This document shows, in pieces, positions 55,737-64,000 of a stretch of 64,000 nt of DNA (position 1 is the stretch's first letter; the number at the start of each line of letters is the position of its first letter). Made by a program: the position numbers and the translations under genes. The stretch is from Parcubacteria group bacterium Gr01-1014_38 (GTDB lineage: Bacteria; Patescibacteriota; Andersenbacteria; UBA10190; CAIZMI01), in assembly GCA_007376145.1 (NCBI GenBank), contig VMFP01000004.1, forward strand, positions 6,988 to 70,987. Direction: 5' to 3'. The notes under the pieces were generated by a model. It saw only the letters and a program-made list of their open reading frames with translations, was not told the DNA's origin and ran no database searches.

Positions 55737-57739
55737 TCCGGCGACGGTGGCACTGGTGGGGACTCGGCTGGGGCTTCGTACTTATCGCCGCAGCGGGCGC
55801 ACTCGGGCAAGGAGCCGACGGCGTTTCTGTTTCTCTCCGCATTGAAGGAAGCACGACGACCGTGTTCGAGGGCACGGTGACCGCGACGCCCTGCACCATT
55901 ACCGATACCGCGGGGAAAGAGCACGCCCTGCCCGCAGTAGCAGCCTGTGCGCTCCAGAAAGCAGCGCAAGAGCGGAAATTCGCCACAAGCTTCCAGGATT
56001 TCGGATTCGGCTTGTTCCTGAAAAAGATTGCCGGAGACGATACGCCGCCTGATTTTTCCCGATCCTGGAACTTCTGGGTGAACGACGATCCCGCCAGCGT
56101 TGGATTGGATACCTACGCGGTGACACCGAATGACCGGATTCTCCTCGCCTTTGCTCCGTATCCCGGCGTTCCGCTGCGCGTCACGGCGCCGGAGAAAGCA
56201 ATACTCGGGACTTCTCTTCCTGTCCGGGTCGAAAAGCGCGTGGGGGACTTCGACGCGCAGTTCGTCTGGCACGGACGCTGGGAGCCCGCCGCCGGCGCAA
56301 CGCTTCACGTGGGTGACGCTGCGCATCTGGTCCCGAGCGACGGCACGGTCACCCTGACGTTTCCAGAGTCAGGATCGTTCCCACTCTCCGCCGATGGATC
56401 CGGATTCGTCCGGAGCGCTCGGAGGACACTCGCCGTGGCCGCGCCCTCGCCGAGTCCCACCCCGTCTCCTTCCCCCTCCCCGACGCCAACACCAGCACCG
56501 ACGCCAACGCCGACAGCCGCGCCAAGCCCGACGCCGAGTCCGCAACCGACACCGGTGCCCGATGTCTCTCCGGAGCAGCGGCGCGAGCGCGCTCGTTCCG
56601 CGCTCCGGTATCTGCGCAGTCAGCAGCGCGACGGAGGCGACATTGACGGCGACATCGTGACCGCGTGGAGCGCGATCGCGTTCGGGGCGAATGAAGAGCG
56701 CGGCAAGACAATTCGCAGCGATCAGTCTTCCCTTCTGGACGCGCTGACACGTGGCCGACTCATCTCCGCGACAGATATCGAGCGTCACATCCTCGCGGTC
56801 CGAGCAACCGGAGCAAATCCACGCTCGTTCAACGGCAGTGATCTCCTCCAGCTCCTGCGCCAGCGCGTTCGGAACGGACAGATCGGCGAAGAAACACTGG
56901 TGAATGACGATATCTTCGGCATTCTTGCGTTCGTTGCGGCGGGGGAACCGGCAAACGATGCAGACGTTCAGAGCGCCGTGCGCACTGTCCTTCAGTACCA
57001 GGTAGGAGATGGATCGTTCGGCGGCCTTGATTTGACCGCAGCGGCGATGCAATCCCTCCACGCGTATACCGTTCGCGGCGGAAGCCAGCAGGTAAGCACC
57101 GCCCTCGACCGGGCACGCGCGCACCTCCGCTCCCGCCAGGACCGCTTCGGCGGCTTCGGAGAAAATTCTGCGACGACTGCCTGGGCACTGCAAGCACTCG
57201 TCGCAGTTGGCGAGGATCCAGCGACCTGGCGTACCACGGATGGCGCCACGCCGTGGACAGCGCTTCTCCGATACCAAAACGCGGGCGGGGGCTTCGGGTG
57301 GAAAACACGCGAGGACGTTTCGCCGTTCATGACGGCCTATGCAGTGCCGGCACTGCTTGGTGTGCCGTGGCCTGTCACACTTCTCGGCATCGAGTCCGCT
57401 TTCGCAGCTCCGGTCTCTTCCCCGACCCCAACGCCCACGGCAGCGCCGCGGCCGCGCGTCGCGGGAACCGCTGCCGGAGCGCCATCAGCAGTCACCGCGA
57501 CGGTTGCATCGCCCGCCCCGTCTCGCGCGCTGTCGTCCATGACTAACCAGTCATCCGAGACGGCAACAGCACCGACGTCCGTGCCTACCGCTGACAGCGA
57601 AATGCTCCGCACACCTCCCGGATTTGTTCCCCTCGCCTCGGTTGACCGGCAGTTCGCGCTCACGCTGTTTGGCGCTGCGAATATCGGTGTCGGGCTTTCG
57701 GTGGCACGCATCATCAGCAAACTGCGAGGCAGCCTTTAG
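55733..57739 (+). CDS. two-domain surface protein: N-terminal DUF4430 + C-terminal prenyltransferase/terpene-cyclase-like alpha/alpha-toroid repeats, PT-rich linkers, C-terminal TM anchor
   Basis: N-terminal …FGFGLFLKKIAGDD…WNFWVNDDPASVGLDTYAVTPNDRILLAF. Repeats QQRDGGDI…, VGDGSFGG…, RQDRFGGFGENSATTAWALQAL, QNAGGGFGW. PSPTPSPSPSPTPTP linker. Terminal hydrophobic helix. Confidence 0.65.
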   Translation: MIRRRWHWWGLGWGFVLIAAAGALGQGADGVSVSLRIEGSTTTVFEGTVTATPCTITDTAGKEHALPAVAACALQKAAQERKFATSFQDFGFGLFLKKIAGDDTPPDFSRSWNFWVNDDPASVGLDTYAVTPNDRILLAFAPYPGVPLRVTAPEKAILGTSLPVRVEKRVGDFDAQFVWHGRWEPAAGATLHVGDAAHLVPSDGTVTLTFPESGSFPLSADGSGFVRSARRTLAVAAPSPSPTPSPSPSPTPTPAPTPTPTAAPSPTPSPQPTPVPDVSPEQRRERARSALRYLRSQQRDGGDIDGDIVTAWSAIAFGANEERGKTIRSDQSSLLDALTRGRLISATDIERHILAVRATGANPRSFNGSDLLQLLRQRVRNGQIGEETLVNDDIFGILAFVAAGEPANDADVQSAVRTVLQYQVGDGSFGGLDLTAAAMQSLHAYTVRGGSQQVSTALDRARAHLRSRQDRFGGFGENSATTAWALQALVAVGEDPATWRTTDGATPWTALLRYQNAGGGFGWKTREDVSPFMTAYAVPALLGVPWPVTLLGIESAFAAPVSSPTPTPTAAPRPRVAGTAAGAPSAVTATVASPAPSRALSSMTNQSSETATAPTSVPTADSEMLRTPPGFVPLASVDRQFALTLFGAANIGVGLSVARIISKLRGSL

Positions 57740-57749
57740 CCTTCTGCGC

Positions 57750-58307
57750 ATGAAGCGTATCGCCGGGGGAACAATCGTGGTGTTGAGTCTCATTCTTCTC
57801 TCGGCCGCGGCTCGGCTGTTTCCACATCCGGCAAACGTTTCACCAATCGCGGCGATTGCGCTCCTCGGGGGAGCGTCACTGCATCTTCCCTGGGCGCTTG
57901 CTGCACCTGGCGCGGCGATGCTCTTGTCAGACCTCGTGATCGGGTTCGACCGCCTTCCGATTACGCTCTCCGTGTACGGATCATTCTTCGCAAGCGTTTT
58001 CCTCGGGCGGTGGCTCCGCGGTCGGTCCAGCCCGTGGCGCACGCTCGGCACCGCGCTTGCAAGTTCCATCCTGTTTTACCTCGTCACGAATGCGGCGGTG
58101 TGGTGGTTCTCGGGACTGTACGCGCAGACCTTCGATGGCTTGATGCTTTCCTACTTCTACGCCATCCCTTTCTTCCGCCACACGCTGCTGGGCGACCTTG
58201 GGTACACCGTGGCGCTCTTCTGGGCGTACGAGTACGCTCCGCGCCTTGCCATCTTCTCATTCCGCCACCAACAGAGTCCGTCGCGTCAGCACGTGTCTGT
58301 GAGGTGA
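57750..58307 (+). CDS. small polytopic membrane protein (5-6 TM), candidate corrinoid permease / ECF S-component-like
   Basis: ATG at 57750 (MKRIAGGTIVVLSLILLSAA…). Last gene of the riboswitch-led operon. Confidence 0.5.
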   Translation: MKRIAGGTIVVLSLILLSAAARLFPHPANVSPIAAIALLGGASLHLPWALAAPGAAMLLSDLVIGFDRLPITLSVYGSFFASVFLGRWLRGRSSPWRTLGTALASSILFYLVTNAAVWWFSGLYAQTFDGLMLSYFYAIPFFRHTLLGDLGYTVALFWAYEYAPRLAIFSFRHQQSPSRQHVSVR

Positions 58308-58330
58308 AACGCTCCATCCAGGCAGACGGA

Positions 58331-59410
58331 ATGGCTGGCCTGTTCCGTTTTTTTCGCCCTGTGGTACAGTCTCCTGTCATGCATCGAACAGGGGTCGCAG
58401 ACCAACCGCTCCCATCTTCGCTTGAGCGGGTGCACCAGGGCGTTCTGCGGGTACTGCACGACGTCCGTCTGCCCTCCCGGCCGACATTTTCTGAACTCCT
58501 ACGAAAAGAATGGAGTCCCGTCCCGCCCGTTGAACTCTCCGCATCCGCGCTCCACGAGGAGGAGATGAATCGCTTGTATGAACTTCGCGCCCAGCTCCTG
58601 GACTGGACAGTGGAAACCGGTTTCCTGGGGTTCTTCGATGAGAACGCCGGCCGACGATATATTTACACGCGCCGACTCGAGGTTTTTGAGGAAGTACTTC
58701 CCGATCTCCGTGGAAAGCGTGTTCTCGAGATTGGGTGCGCGGCAGGGATCGTTGCCGCCCTTCTCGCTCCATCCTGCCAAGAGTTTATCGGCATTGACGT
58801 CACGGAAACGGCGGTGCAGTTTGCTCGTCAGCTCCACCGGGAGCTTGGCATCTTCAACAGCCGGTTTTTCGTTGCCGATGCCCACGCGCTCCCATTTCCA
58901 GACCGACGGTTTGATGTTCTCGCGAGTACGGAGACATTTGAACATCTCCTCCACCCCGCGAAGGCGCTGGAAGAATTCCACCGCGTGCTCGTGCCGGGAG
59001 GAAGTATTACCCTCACAACCACGACAGCGCTCACACCCTCCGATCTTGCCGTGAAGCTCATTCGGCTCTTTAAGCGAGATTTTTACGTTGATACCGAGGA
59101 GCAATTCGACAAAAAGGCGTACCTGGCTGCCCAGGAGAAAGGCCTCGCGGTCCCTCCAGAGGTCTTCCGACGCGTGCATCGCCGATTTGGATACGCGAAT
59201 CTCGTTCGTCTCTTCCAGCGTCAGGGATTTTCTGTTGAGCGTGCGAAAGGCGCGGTCCTCGCCTTCCCGCCCGTCTACCTTGCCGTCTATCAGTTTTTTC
59301 CGCAGTCGCTGCTCCCTGTGGTACGGTGGGGAGAAGAACTCTTAAATGAGCTGGGCATTTTCAAGCGCTTTGGCTCGGTTACGACAGGGTTTCACCTCCG
59401 GCGTCTCTAA
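58331..59410 (+). CDS. class I SAM-dependent methyltransferase
   Basis: Motif I VLEIGCAAGIVAALLA and Methyltransf_11-like core. Start is ambiguous (ATG at 58331 or 58379). Confidence 0.75.
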   Translation: MAGLFRFFRPVVQSPVMHRTGVADQPLPSSLERVHQGVLRVLHDVRLPSRPTFSELLRKEWSPVPPVELSASALHEEEMNRLYELRAQLLDWTVETGFLGFFDENAGRRYIYTRRLEVFEEVLPDLRGKRVLEIGCAAGIVAALLAPSCQEFIGIDVTETAVQFARQLHRELGIFNSRFFVADAHALPFPDRRFDVLASTETFEHLLHPAKALEEFHRVLVPGGSITLTTTTALTPSDLAVKLIRLFKRDFYVDTEEQFDKKAYLAAQEKGLAVPPEVFRRVHRRFGYANLVRLFQRQGFSVERAKGAVLAFPPVYLAVYQFFPQSLLPVVRWGEELLNELGIFKRFGSVTTGFHLRRL

Positions 59411-59462
59411 CCGCATCAAGAAGAGTCGCGAGCGACGCGGACCGCTCCGCCGCGCGCTCTTC

Positions 59463-61001
59463 ATGGTGGTGTTCCCCCACCTTGGTCTCATCGGTGTTTT
59501 GGCGGTCGCCCTCGCTGCTCGCCTGATCTACCTCCGTTGGTTCAAGACCTTCCCACCGGGCGACGTTTTCAATTTCATCACGATCGCGCAAGGAATCCCT
59601 CAAGGAATCTATTCGGCAGACGAACGACGGCTTCCGTTTTATCCCTTGCTGATCCTCATGGCGCACACGGTACTCGAATGGGAATATGCCGGACTTGTTG
59701 TCGCCGTTGCCGCATCACTCGCCGGGCTTCTGGCCCTCTATACGCTGGGGCGGACACTGGGGTTTTCGAAAACCGCGCTCGTCGCCCTTCTGCTGGTCCT
59801 TCAGACGCATCCGCAGTTGATGACCGCGACTCGGGGGTATGCGGACACGACCTTGTTCGCGCTTCTTCCCGCCACATTGCTCGCACTGTTCCGTGCACGA
59901 ACCTGGAAAGGTGTGGTACTCGTTGGCGTGCTTTGCGGCGCGATGGCGCTGACTCGCTACGAGGGTCTGGCCGCTGCCGCGGTGCTTCTTCCGCTGTGGT
60001 TTCTGTTCCCGGTGGGACGCCCACGACGGTACGCCGCAATTGCCGTCCTGGTATGGATTCTTTCGCTTACCCCATACCTGCTCATTTCCGCCGCGAATAA
60101 CCGACCTCCGTTCGGCGTAGGCTACGTCGCGGACATCGAAGGACCGGAGGGCTACGGGTCCGCGAATTTCCGAGAATTCTGGGACAGCGGACGCACGATC
60201 TGGCAGCGGAACGGGCTGTTCGGCGCGTGGAAAATTCCATACGCGATCGCACGTGAGATTGCGGAAGACCCGTTTGCAACGCCGCGCATCCTTGCGGCGC
60301 GGCTCACCGCGCCGGGGGAGCCGTTGGCGCTTTTCGCGCTCCTCGGAGCACTGGTTCTTCTCCGCCGACGATGGCCGGTTCTCCTCTTTCTCCTTGCGGC
60401 TACGGCCGCAGCGAGCGCTCCGCCCGCGTGGTTCAACCCACTAAGACGGTATGATATCGTCGTCCTTCCGCTTCTCTTCCTTCTCGCGGCGAGCGGAGTA
60501 AGCGCCATCCAGAGCCTTCTGGAACGCGGTACGGCGTTCGGCGGCAGCGCCGGAAGAGCGATACGCTGGCTTGCCGGATTCGCCTTCGCTACGGTGGCGG
60601 CAGGATTCTGGACCGCGACCTACGCAGAGGAAGTCCGAAACCGCCAACTGAAGCACAACGGACGAGAGTATGCCTACTACCAGGCGATCCACGCCGCTCG
60701 TGCGCTCCAAGGCAAGATCCTCTTTGAGCGCGCGGGGATAACCGCCGAGTTTTATTTTGGTGCACGAGGAGTGTACCTCCTCGATCAGTTTATCCGCGCT
60801 GGCGTACCGCCCCAGGAAATTCTGCCCCGACTCCGGGTCGAAGGGGTACGGTACGCGGTTGTCTCTGAATCTCACGCGAAAGCATTTCCATTCCTTGATG
60901 GTCCCTCCGTGCGGGAAGTGTCTCTCTTCGAATGGCCGCGCCCAGGAGGCGATATCAGCCGCGCAACAATTTATGAGATTCTCATTGCCGAGAACCGCTA
61001 G
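59463..61001 (+). CDS. GT-C-fold glycosyltransferase (ArnT/PMT-like) polytopic membrane protein
   Basis: Multi-TM protein with a DE-containing first loop (…IYSADERRLPFYP…). ATG at 59463. Confidence 0.55.
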   Translation: MVVFPHLGLIGVLAVALAARLIYLRWFKTFPPGDVFNFITIAQGIPQGIYSADERRLPFYPLLILMAHTVLEWEYAGLVVAVAASLAGLLALYTLGRTLGFSKTALVALLLVLQTHPQLMTATRGYADTTLFALLPATLLALFRARTWKGVVLVGVLCGAMALTRYEGLAAAAVLLPLWFLFPVGRPRRYAAIAVLVWILSLTPYLLISAANNRPPFGVGYVADIEGPEGYGSANFREFWDSGRTIWQRNGLFGAWKIPYAIAREIAEDPFATPRILAARLTAPGEPLALFALLGALVLLRRRWPVLLFLLAATAAASAPPAWFNPLRRYDIVVLPLLFLLAASGVSAIQSLLERGTAFGGSAGRAIRWLAGFAFATVAAGFWTATYAEEVRNRQLKHNGREYAYYQAIHAARALQGKILFERAGITAEFYFGARGVYLLDQFIRAGVPPQEILPRLRVEGVRYAVVSESHAKAFPFLDGPSVREVSLFEWPRPGGDISRATIYEILIAENR

Positions 61002-63486
61002 CGAACGCTTCTCGCCACAATCGTACCCCGAACACAACCGCAAATGCGAGTGGGAGCACTCCGGCGAGGAGTAGATGGAGAGGCGCGTACTGCACGCGCA
61101 GCGAAAACGGACCCTTCGATACTGGGATCGCGGAAAACATGAGATCGGCGCGGAGAACAGGAGCAGAGTTGTTGTTTATCCACGCACGGAAACCAGGATA
61201 GAAGAGTTGAGAGAGCACAATCACGCCGTCACGAGGAGCCGTGCCCGCGATGTTCCATGCGCCCGGATGCGTGGACTGGGCAACTATTTTGCTACGCTCC
61301 ACCGGCCCTTCTCGCCGAGGATACGCAGTGAAGAACGCGTTGCGCGCCGATACGCCCTCGGGCCCCGCGGGAATCGGCGGAAACGCGAAATTGGCGATAC
61401 GGGATGTTTTTGCCGACGGGTACACAAGCGCGATTTTTCGCGGATGAAAGGCAGGAATGCTACCGCCAAGCAATTCGGTAACGACGCGCTCCGCATCCGC
61501 CTCGCTCCCATCAAGCAGGACGGGGTCTGCAAAAAACGCGTATGGCGCGGCGGACGGAAGCGTGTGGATGCGCACGATACGATCCCACTCCTCCTTCCAT
61601 GCGCCGCCATTGACGGCATGCGCAAGGAAATTTCCGGAAATTTCGGAGTTGCCCGGCATTGGCTCCCACAGAATCTCTTTTTCCAGCGGAAGATCCAGGC
61701 GCCGCGTCGTGACGACGTGCGTTGCGTGCGCAAGTTCGAGCAGCGTGCGCGCGAACACGGAAAATGTTCCACTCCACTCGCTCCACACACGAGCGAACGG
61801 CACCGCAACACTTCCCGGCATACCCCAAGCGAGTTCCGGCACGCCCACAACCTCCAATCCGGCGTGCGCGATGGCATCGTCAAAGCAGGGAGAAGGCCAC
61901 CGTCCATGATCGCCGATGCAGAACACGCGTCCGACATCCCCGTAGTCGCGCATGCGCGATGCAAGATACGCAATGTGCGGAAGACGACGCATATTTTCAA
62001 ACGTTTGGGTAGGTATAGAAAACCGGAGCGTCGGCTGGACGTTCGGATCATCGCTGCGGATGCCGCGAATAATGCCGGTGACACCCCAGAGCATCTCTGC
62101 GCCAAGCAGCATGCAGATGGTTGCCGTTGTCAGCAAAGCGGGCATGCGAGAAACCGTGGTAGGCGGCGACGGAAGTCGCGATGCGACGAACCTCCGCGCC
62201 TGATGCGCCATGCGGATCACCCATGCGGTGCCGATTGCGGAAAACAGCGCGCACGAGAAGAGCATCAGCACACCAAGCACGGGCCAATTCCCGGAAGGCG
62301 CCCAAAGCGGATGCAGCCGATGCAACGGACCGTAGGCAATGCCATGCGTGGCGACGTTGGCGAGAAATACGACAAGAACAAGATGCGCGCCGGGCCGGAC
62401 GGCATGTCGGAGCGTGCGTCGTTTGAGCGCAATCACGGCTCCAAGAAGCGCGAGAACAACGACGGCATCGCCGGGACTGAATGGAACACCGAAATGCGCC
62501 ACGGGTCCCTGCCTGGAAACAAACATGCGGCCCAGATCGTTCGGAAGCAGCGTGCGGAGAAACTCGCGCGCCGTAAGATCACGATCCCGCCATCCGTAAA
62601 TGCGGCCAAGACCGAATCGTGATCCCCCGGATTGCTGCGCAAAAAACTCCGACGCGGCAAGGTGCTCGGGCGCGGCGGTAAGAAATACCGACGCGACAAT
62701 AAGCGCGCCACCCGCGCAGATGCGACCGACCATGTTCCACTGCCGACGCAGTAACGCGCCGGCACAGGCCGCAACAAGAAACCAGACGACCACAAGCGTC
62801 ATCTGCGCAAACACCGTCGGCATGCTGATCGCCATAAACGCAAGAGGAATGCCGGCTGCCAGCGCGTCGGTGAACCGCATCGTGCGCAAAAAGCGGAGAA
62901 GCAATCCCCACGCAAGCGGAATCCACGCAAACCCGAAAACATAAATCGCGTGCACTTCGGGACTCAAGCGCCGGAACACCCACGGATTCCACACGAGCGC
63001 CACGCATCCGATCAGCACAGCAACGCGAGCAATACCCAACTCGCGCAACACCAGCGCGAGCGTCGCGGCCGCAAACGAGAGATGTACGAGCAGAAGAATG
63101 TTCACGCCGATATCCATGTCGCGAAACAACAGCAGCACGGATGTGAGTGGACTGAAGTATGCCGTGTAGGGATGCGCGAGCGCGGGGAGCCCGAGACTCA
63201 AATTCGAAAGCCACAACGGCGCGTGATGGGCGCGAAGAATGCTCACCCGGTAGAGCTCGAACCACGGTTTCGTCGTGATGTGGATGACCGCCTGCTGGAA
63301 TGTCTCCGTCAACGGAGAAAACAGTATGAGCATCAAGCCCCATGTCAGCGCGCCAATCAGAAGAAAAAAGGGCCACTCACGACGAATGCGCTCGCGAAAT
63401 GGTGCAAGCGCACATGCAAGCAGTACCCACGGCACCACCACCATGATGCCGAGGAACAGCCGATCAAGAACACTCGCGATCATCAT
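60982..63486 (-). CDS. YfhO-like large membrane protein (GT-C-type)
   Basis: 834 aa: N-terminal multi-TM block, a large extracytoplasmic domain, and a terminal TM helix, which is the YfhO-like topology. Confidence 0.55.
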   Translation of the reverse strand: MMIASVLDRLFLGIMVVVPWVLLACALAPFRERIRREWPFFLLIGALTWGLMLILFSPLTETFQQAVIHITTKPWFELYRVSILRAHHAPLWLSNLSLGLPALAHPYTAYFSPLTSVLLLFRDMDIGVNILLLVHLSFAAATLALVLRELGIARVAVLIGCVALVWNPWVFRRLSPEVHAIYVFGFAWIPLAWGLLLRFLRTMRFTDALAAGIPLAFMAISMPTVFAQMTLVVVWFLVAACAGALLRRQWNMVGRICAGGALIVASVFLTAAPEHLAASEFFAQQSGGSRFGLGRIYGWRDRDLTAREFLRTLLPNDLGRMFVSRQGPVAHFGVPFSPGDAVVVLALLGAVIALKRRTLRHAVRPGAHLVLVVFLANVATHGIAYGPLHRLHPLWAPSGNWPVLGVLMLFSCALFSAIGTAWVIRMAHQARRFVASRLPSPPTTVSRMPALLTTATICMLLGAEMLWGVTGIIRGIRSDDPNVQPTLRFSIPTQTFENMRRLPHIAYLASRMRDYGDVGRVFCIGDHGRWPSPCFDDAIAHAGLEVVGVPELAWGMPGSVAVPFARVWSEWSGTFSVFARTLLELAHATHVVTTRRLDLPLEKEILWEPMPGNSEISGNFLAHAVNGGAWKEEWDRIVRIHTLPSAAPYAFFADPVLLDGSEADAERVVTELLGGSIPAFHPRKIALVYPSAKTSRIANFAFPPIPAGPEGVSARNAFFTAYPRREGPVERSKIVAQSTHPGAWNIAGTAPRDGVIVLSQLFYPGFRAWINNNSAPVLRADLMFSAIPVSKGPFSLRVQYAPLHLLLAGVLPLAFAVVFGVRLWREAFASGSRQ

Positions 63487-63491
63487 GCGCG

Positions 63492-63995
63492 CTACTGTTT
63501 CTGCCGATCCCAGTCGAGCCGTAGGACAACGGTACGTTCTTCTGTTTCCCCGTTCAGTCCGTGCCGGGCGGCGTAGACACGTTCTTCCGTAACAACACCG
63601 CGCAGACGCAGCACGTCCGCAAGCTGCTTCATCAATTCTGAGTCGTCCACAATCACCCAGACAGGCCGGCGATCGGCAAGAGAGACGGCAATCTGCTGCG
63701 GGTCAGTGTTCGGATAACCAAATTCAAGAAAAATGGCGCGGAAATTCGTGAGCGACGGGAGACGAAAGACGGCGAGCGCCATGGGATAATCTTTCCGCAA
63801 GACGACGTCGCCGGATTCTCGCGCAAGCGCCCACGTGGCCTGGTACAGAGCGTAGCCGTTCCCTTGATACGAGAACACCCGGCCAACTGCGCCCGCGTAC
63901 AATCCCGAGAATTCTTCTCGTACTAAGAGCACGAGAAGCGCGAGCGTTAGAGCCGTCGATTTTCGCATAGCGCAGTAGAGTATAGCAAAGCGCAC
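63492..63995 (-). CDS. hypothetical exported protein
   Basis: Signal-like N-terminus (MRKSTALTLALLVLLV). Confidence 0.45.
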   Translation of the reverse strand: MRFAILYCAMRKSTALTLALLVLLVREEFSGLYAGAVGRVFSYQGNGYALYQATWALARESGDVVLRKDYPMALAVFRLPSLTNFRAIFLEFGYPNTDPQQIAVSLADRRPVWVIVDDSELMKQLADVLRLRGVVTEERVYAARHGLNGETEERTVVLRLDWDRQKQ

Positions 63996-64000
63996 TCCTT

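Noticed and set aside
56450-56570. Repetitive CCGACGCC/CCAAC… DNA that could be mistaken for a tandem-repeat element or CRISPR-like array
   Set aside because: It is in frame within the 55733..57739 CDS and encodes a Pro/Thr/Ser linker (PSPTPSPSPSPTPTPAPTPTPT). There are no spacer-repeat periodicity or flanking cas genes.
61075-62622. 515-aa plus-strand ORF
   Set aside because: Antisense to the 834-aa YfhO-like membrane protein, which has coherent TM topology. The plus-strand ORF is Arg-rich and non-globular.
1-64000. Search for tRNA, rRNA and CRISPR arrays
   Set aside because: No cloverleaf-compatible segments with a GTTCGA T-loop, no rRNA-like conserved blocks and no regularly spaced direct repeats were seen in intergenic regions. 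tRNAscan/Infernal were not run, so short RNAs could have been missed.

Overview
This is a high-GC window (roughly 65% by eye) whose gene content resembles a Patescibacteria/CPR-like chromosome; that taxonomic reading is inference. Nearly all core genes lie on the minus strand. From the left: a visibly AT-rich restriction-modification-like pair (a 5'-partial gamma-class N6-adenine methyltransferase converging on a PLD/HKD-family nuclease) sits directly at the 3' end of a ribosomal-protein / RNA-polymerase alpha operon (rpsI, rplM, rplQ, rpoA, rpsD, rpsK, rpsM, rpmJ, infA). Two hypothetical proteins (possibly PilM/PilN-like) follow, then alaS, a coiled-coil protein, a LOG-family protein, a TrwB/VirD4-like soluble ATPase with a C-terminal zinc ribbon and its membrane partner, and a sigma-70 region-4/HTH fusion protein. 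A division/cell-wall block comes next (murB, murC, murG, ftsW, murD, mraY, a D,D-carboxypeptidase, scpB/scpA). From about 27.5 kb to 63.5 kb there is a very large envelope-glycan locus with many GT2/GT4 glycosyltransferases, two Wzx-like flippases, a Wzy/O-antigen-ligase-like protein, SpoIID/LytB, SAM-methyltransferases and several large polytopic GT-C/YfhO-like membrane proteins. Inside that locus, at about 33.2–36.3 kb, is a compositionally atypical accessory island carrying a NYN-domain nuclease, two unknown proteins and a TrpR/YerC-like regulator. The island is partitioned by three direct copies of the start region of the adjacent GT4 gene, and it also carries a duplicated, palindromic copy of the regulator's own start. 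Near 55 kb, a cobalamin riboswitch with a terminator-type expression platform precedes an operon encoding two DUF4430 proteins, one of them fused to a prenyltransferase-like alpha/alpha-toroid domain (a transcobalamin/intrinsic-factor-like two-domain architecture), and a small polytopic membrane protein. No rRNA, tRNA or CRISPR array was recognised. Coordinates for non-ATG starts and small ORFs are approximate.
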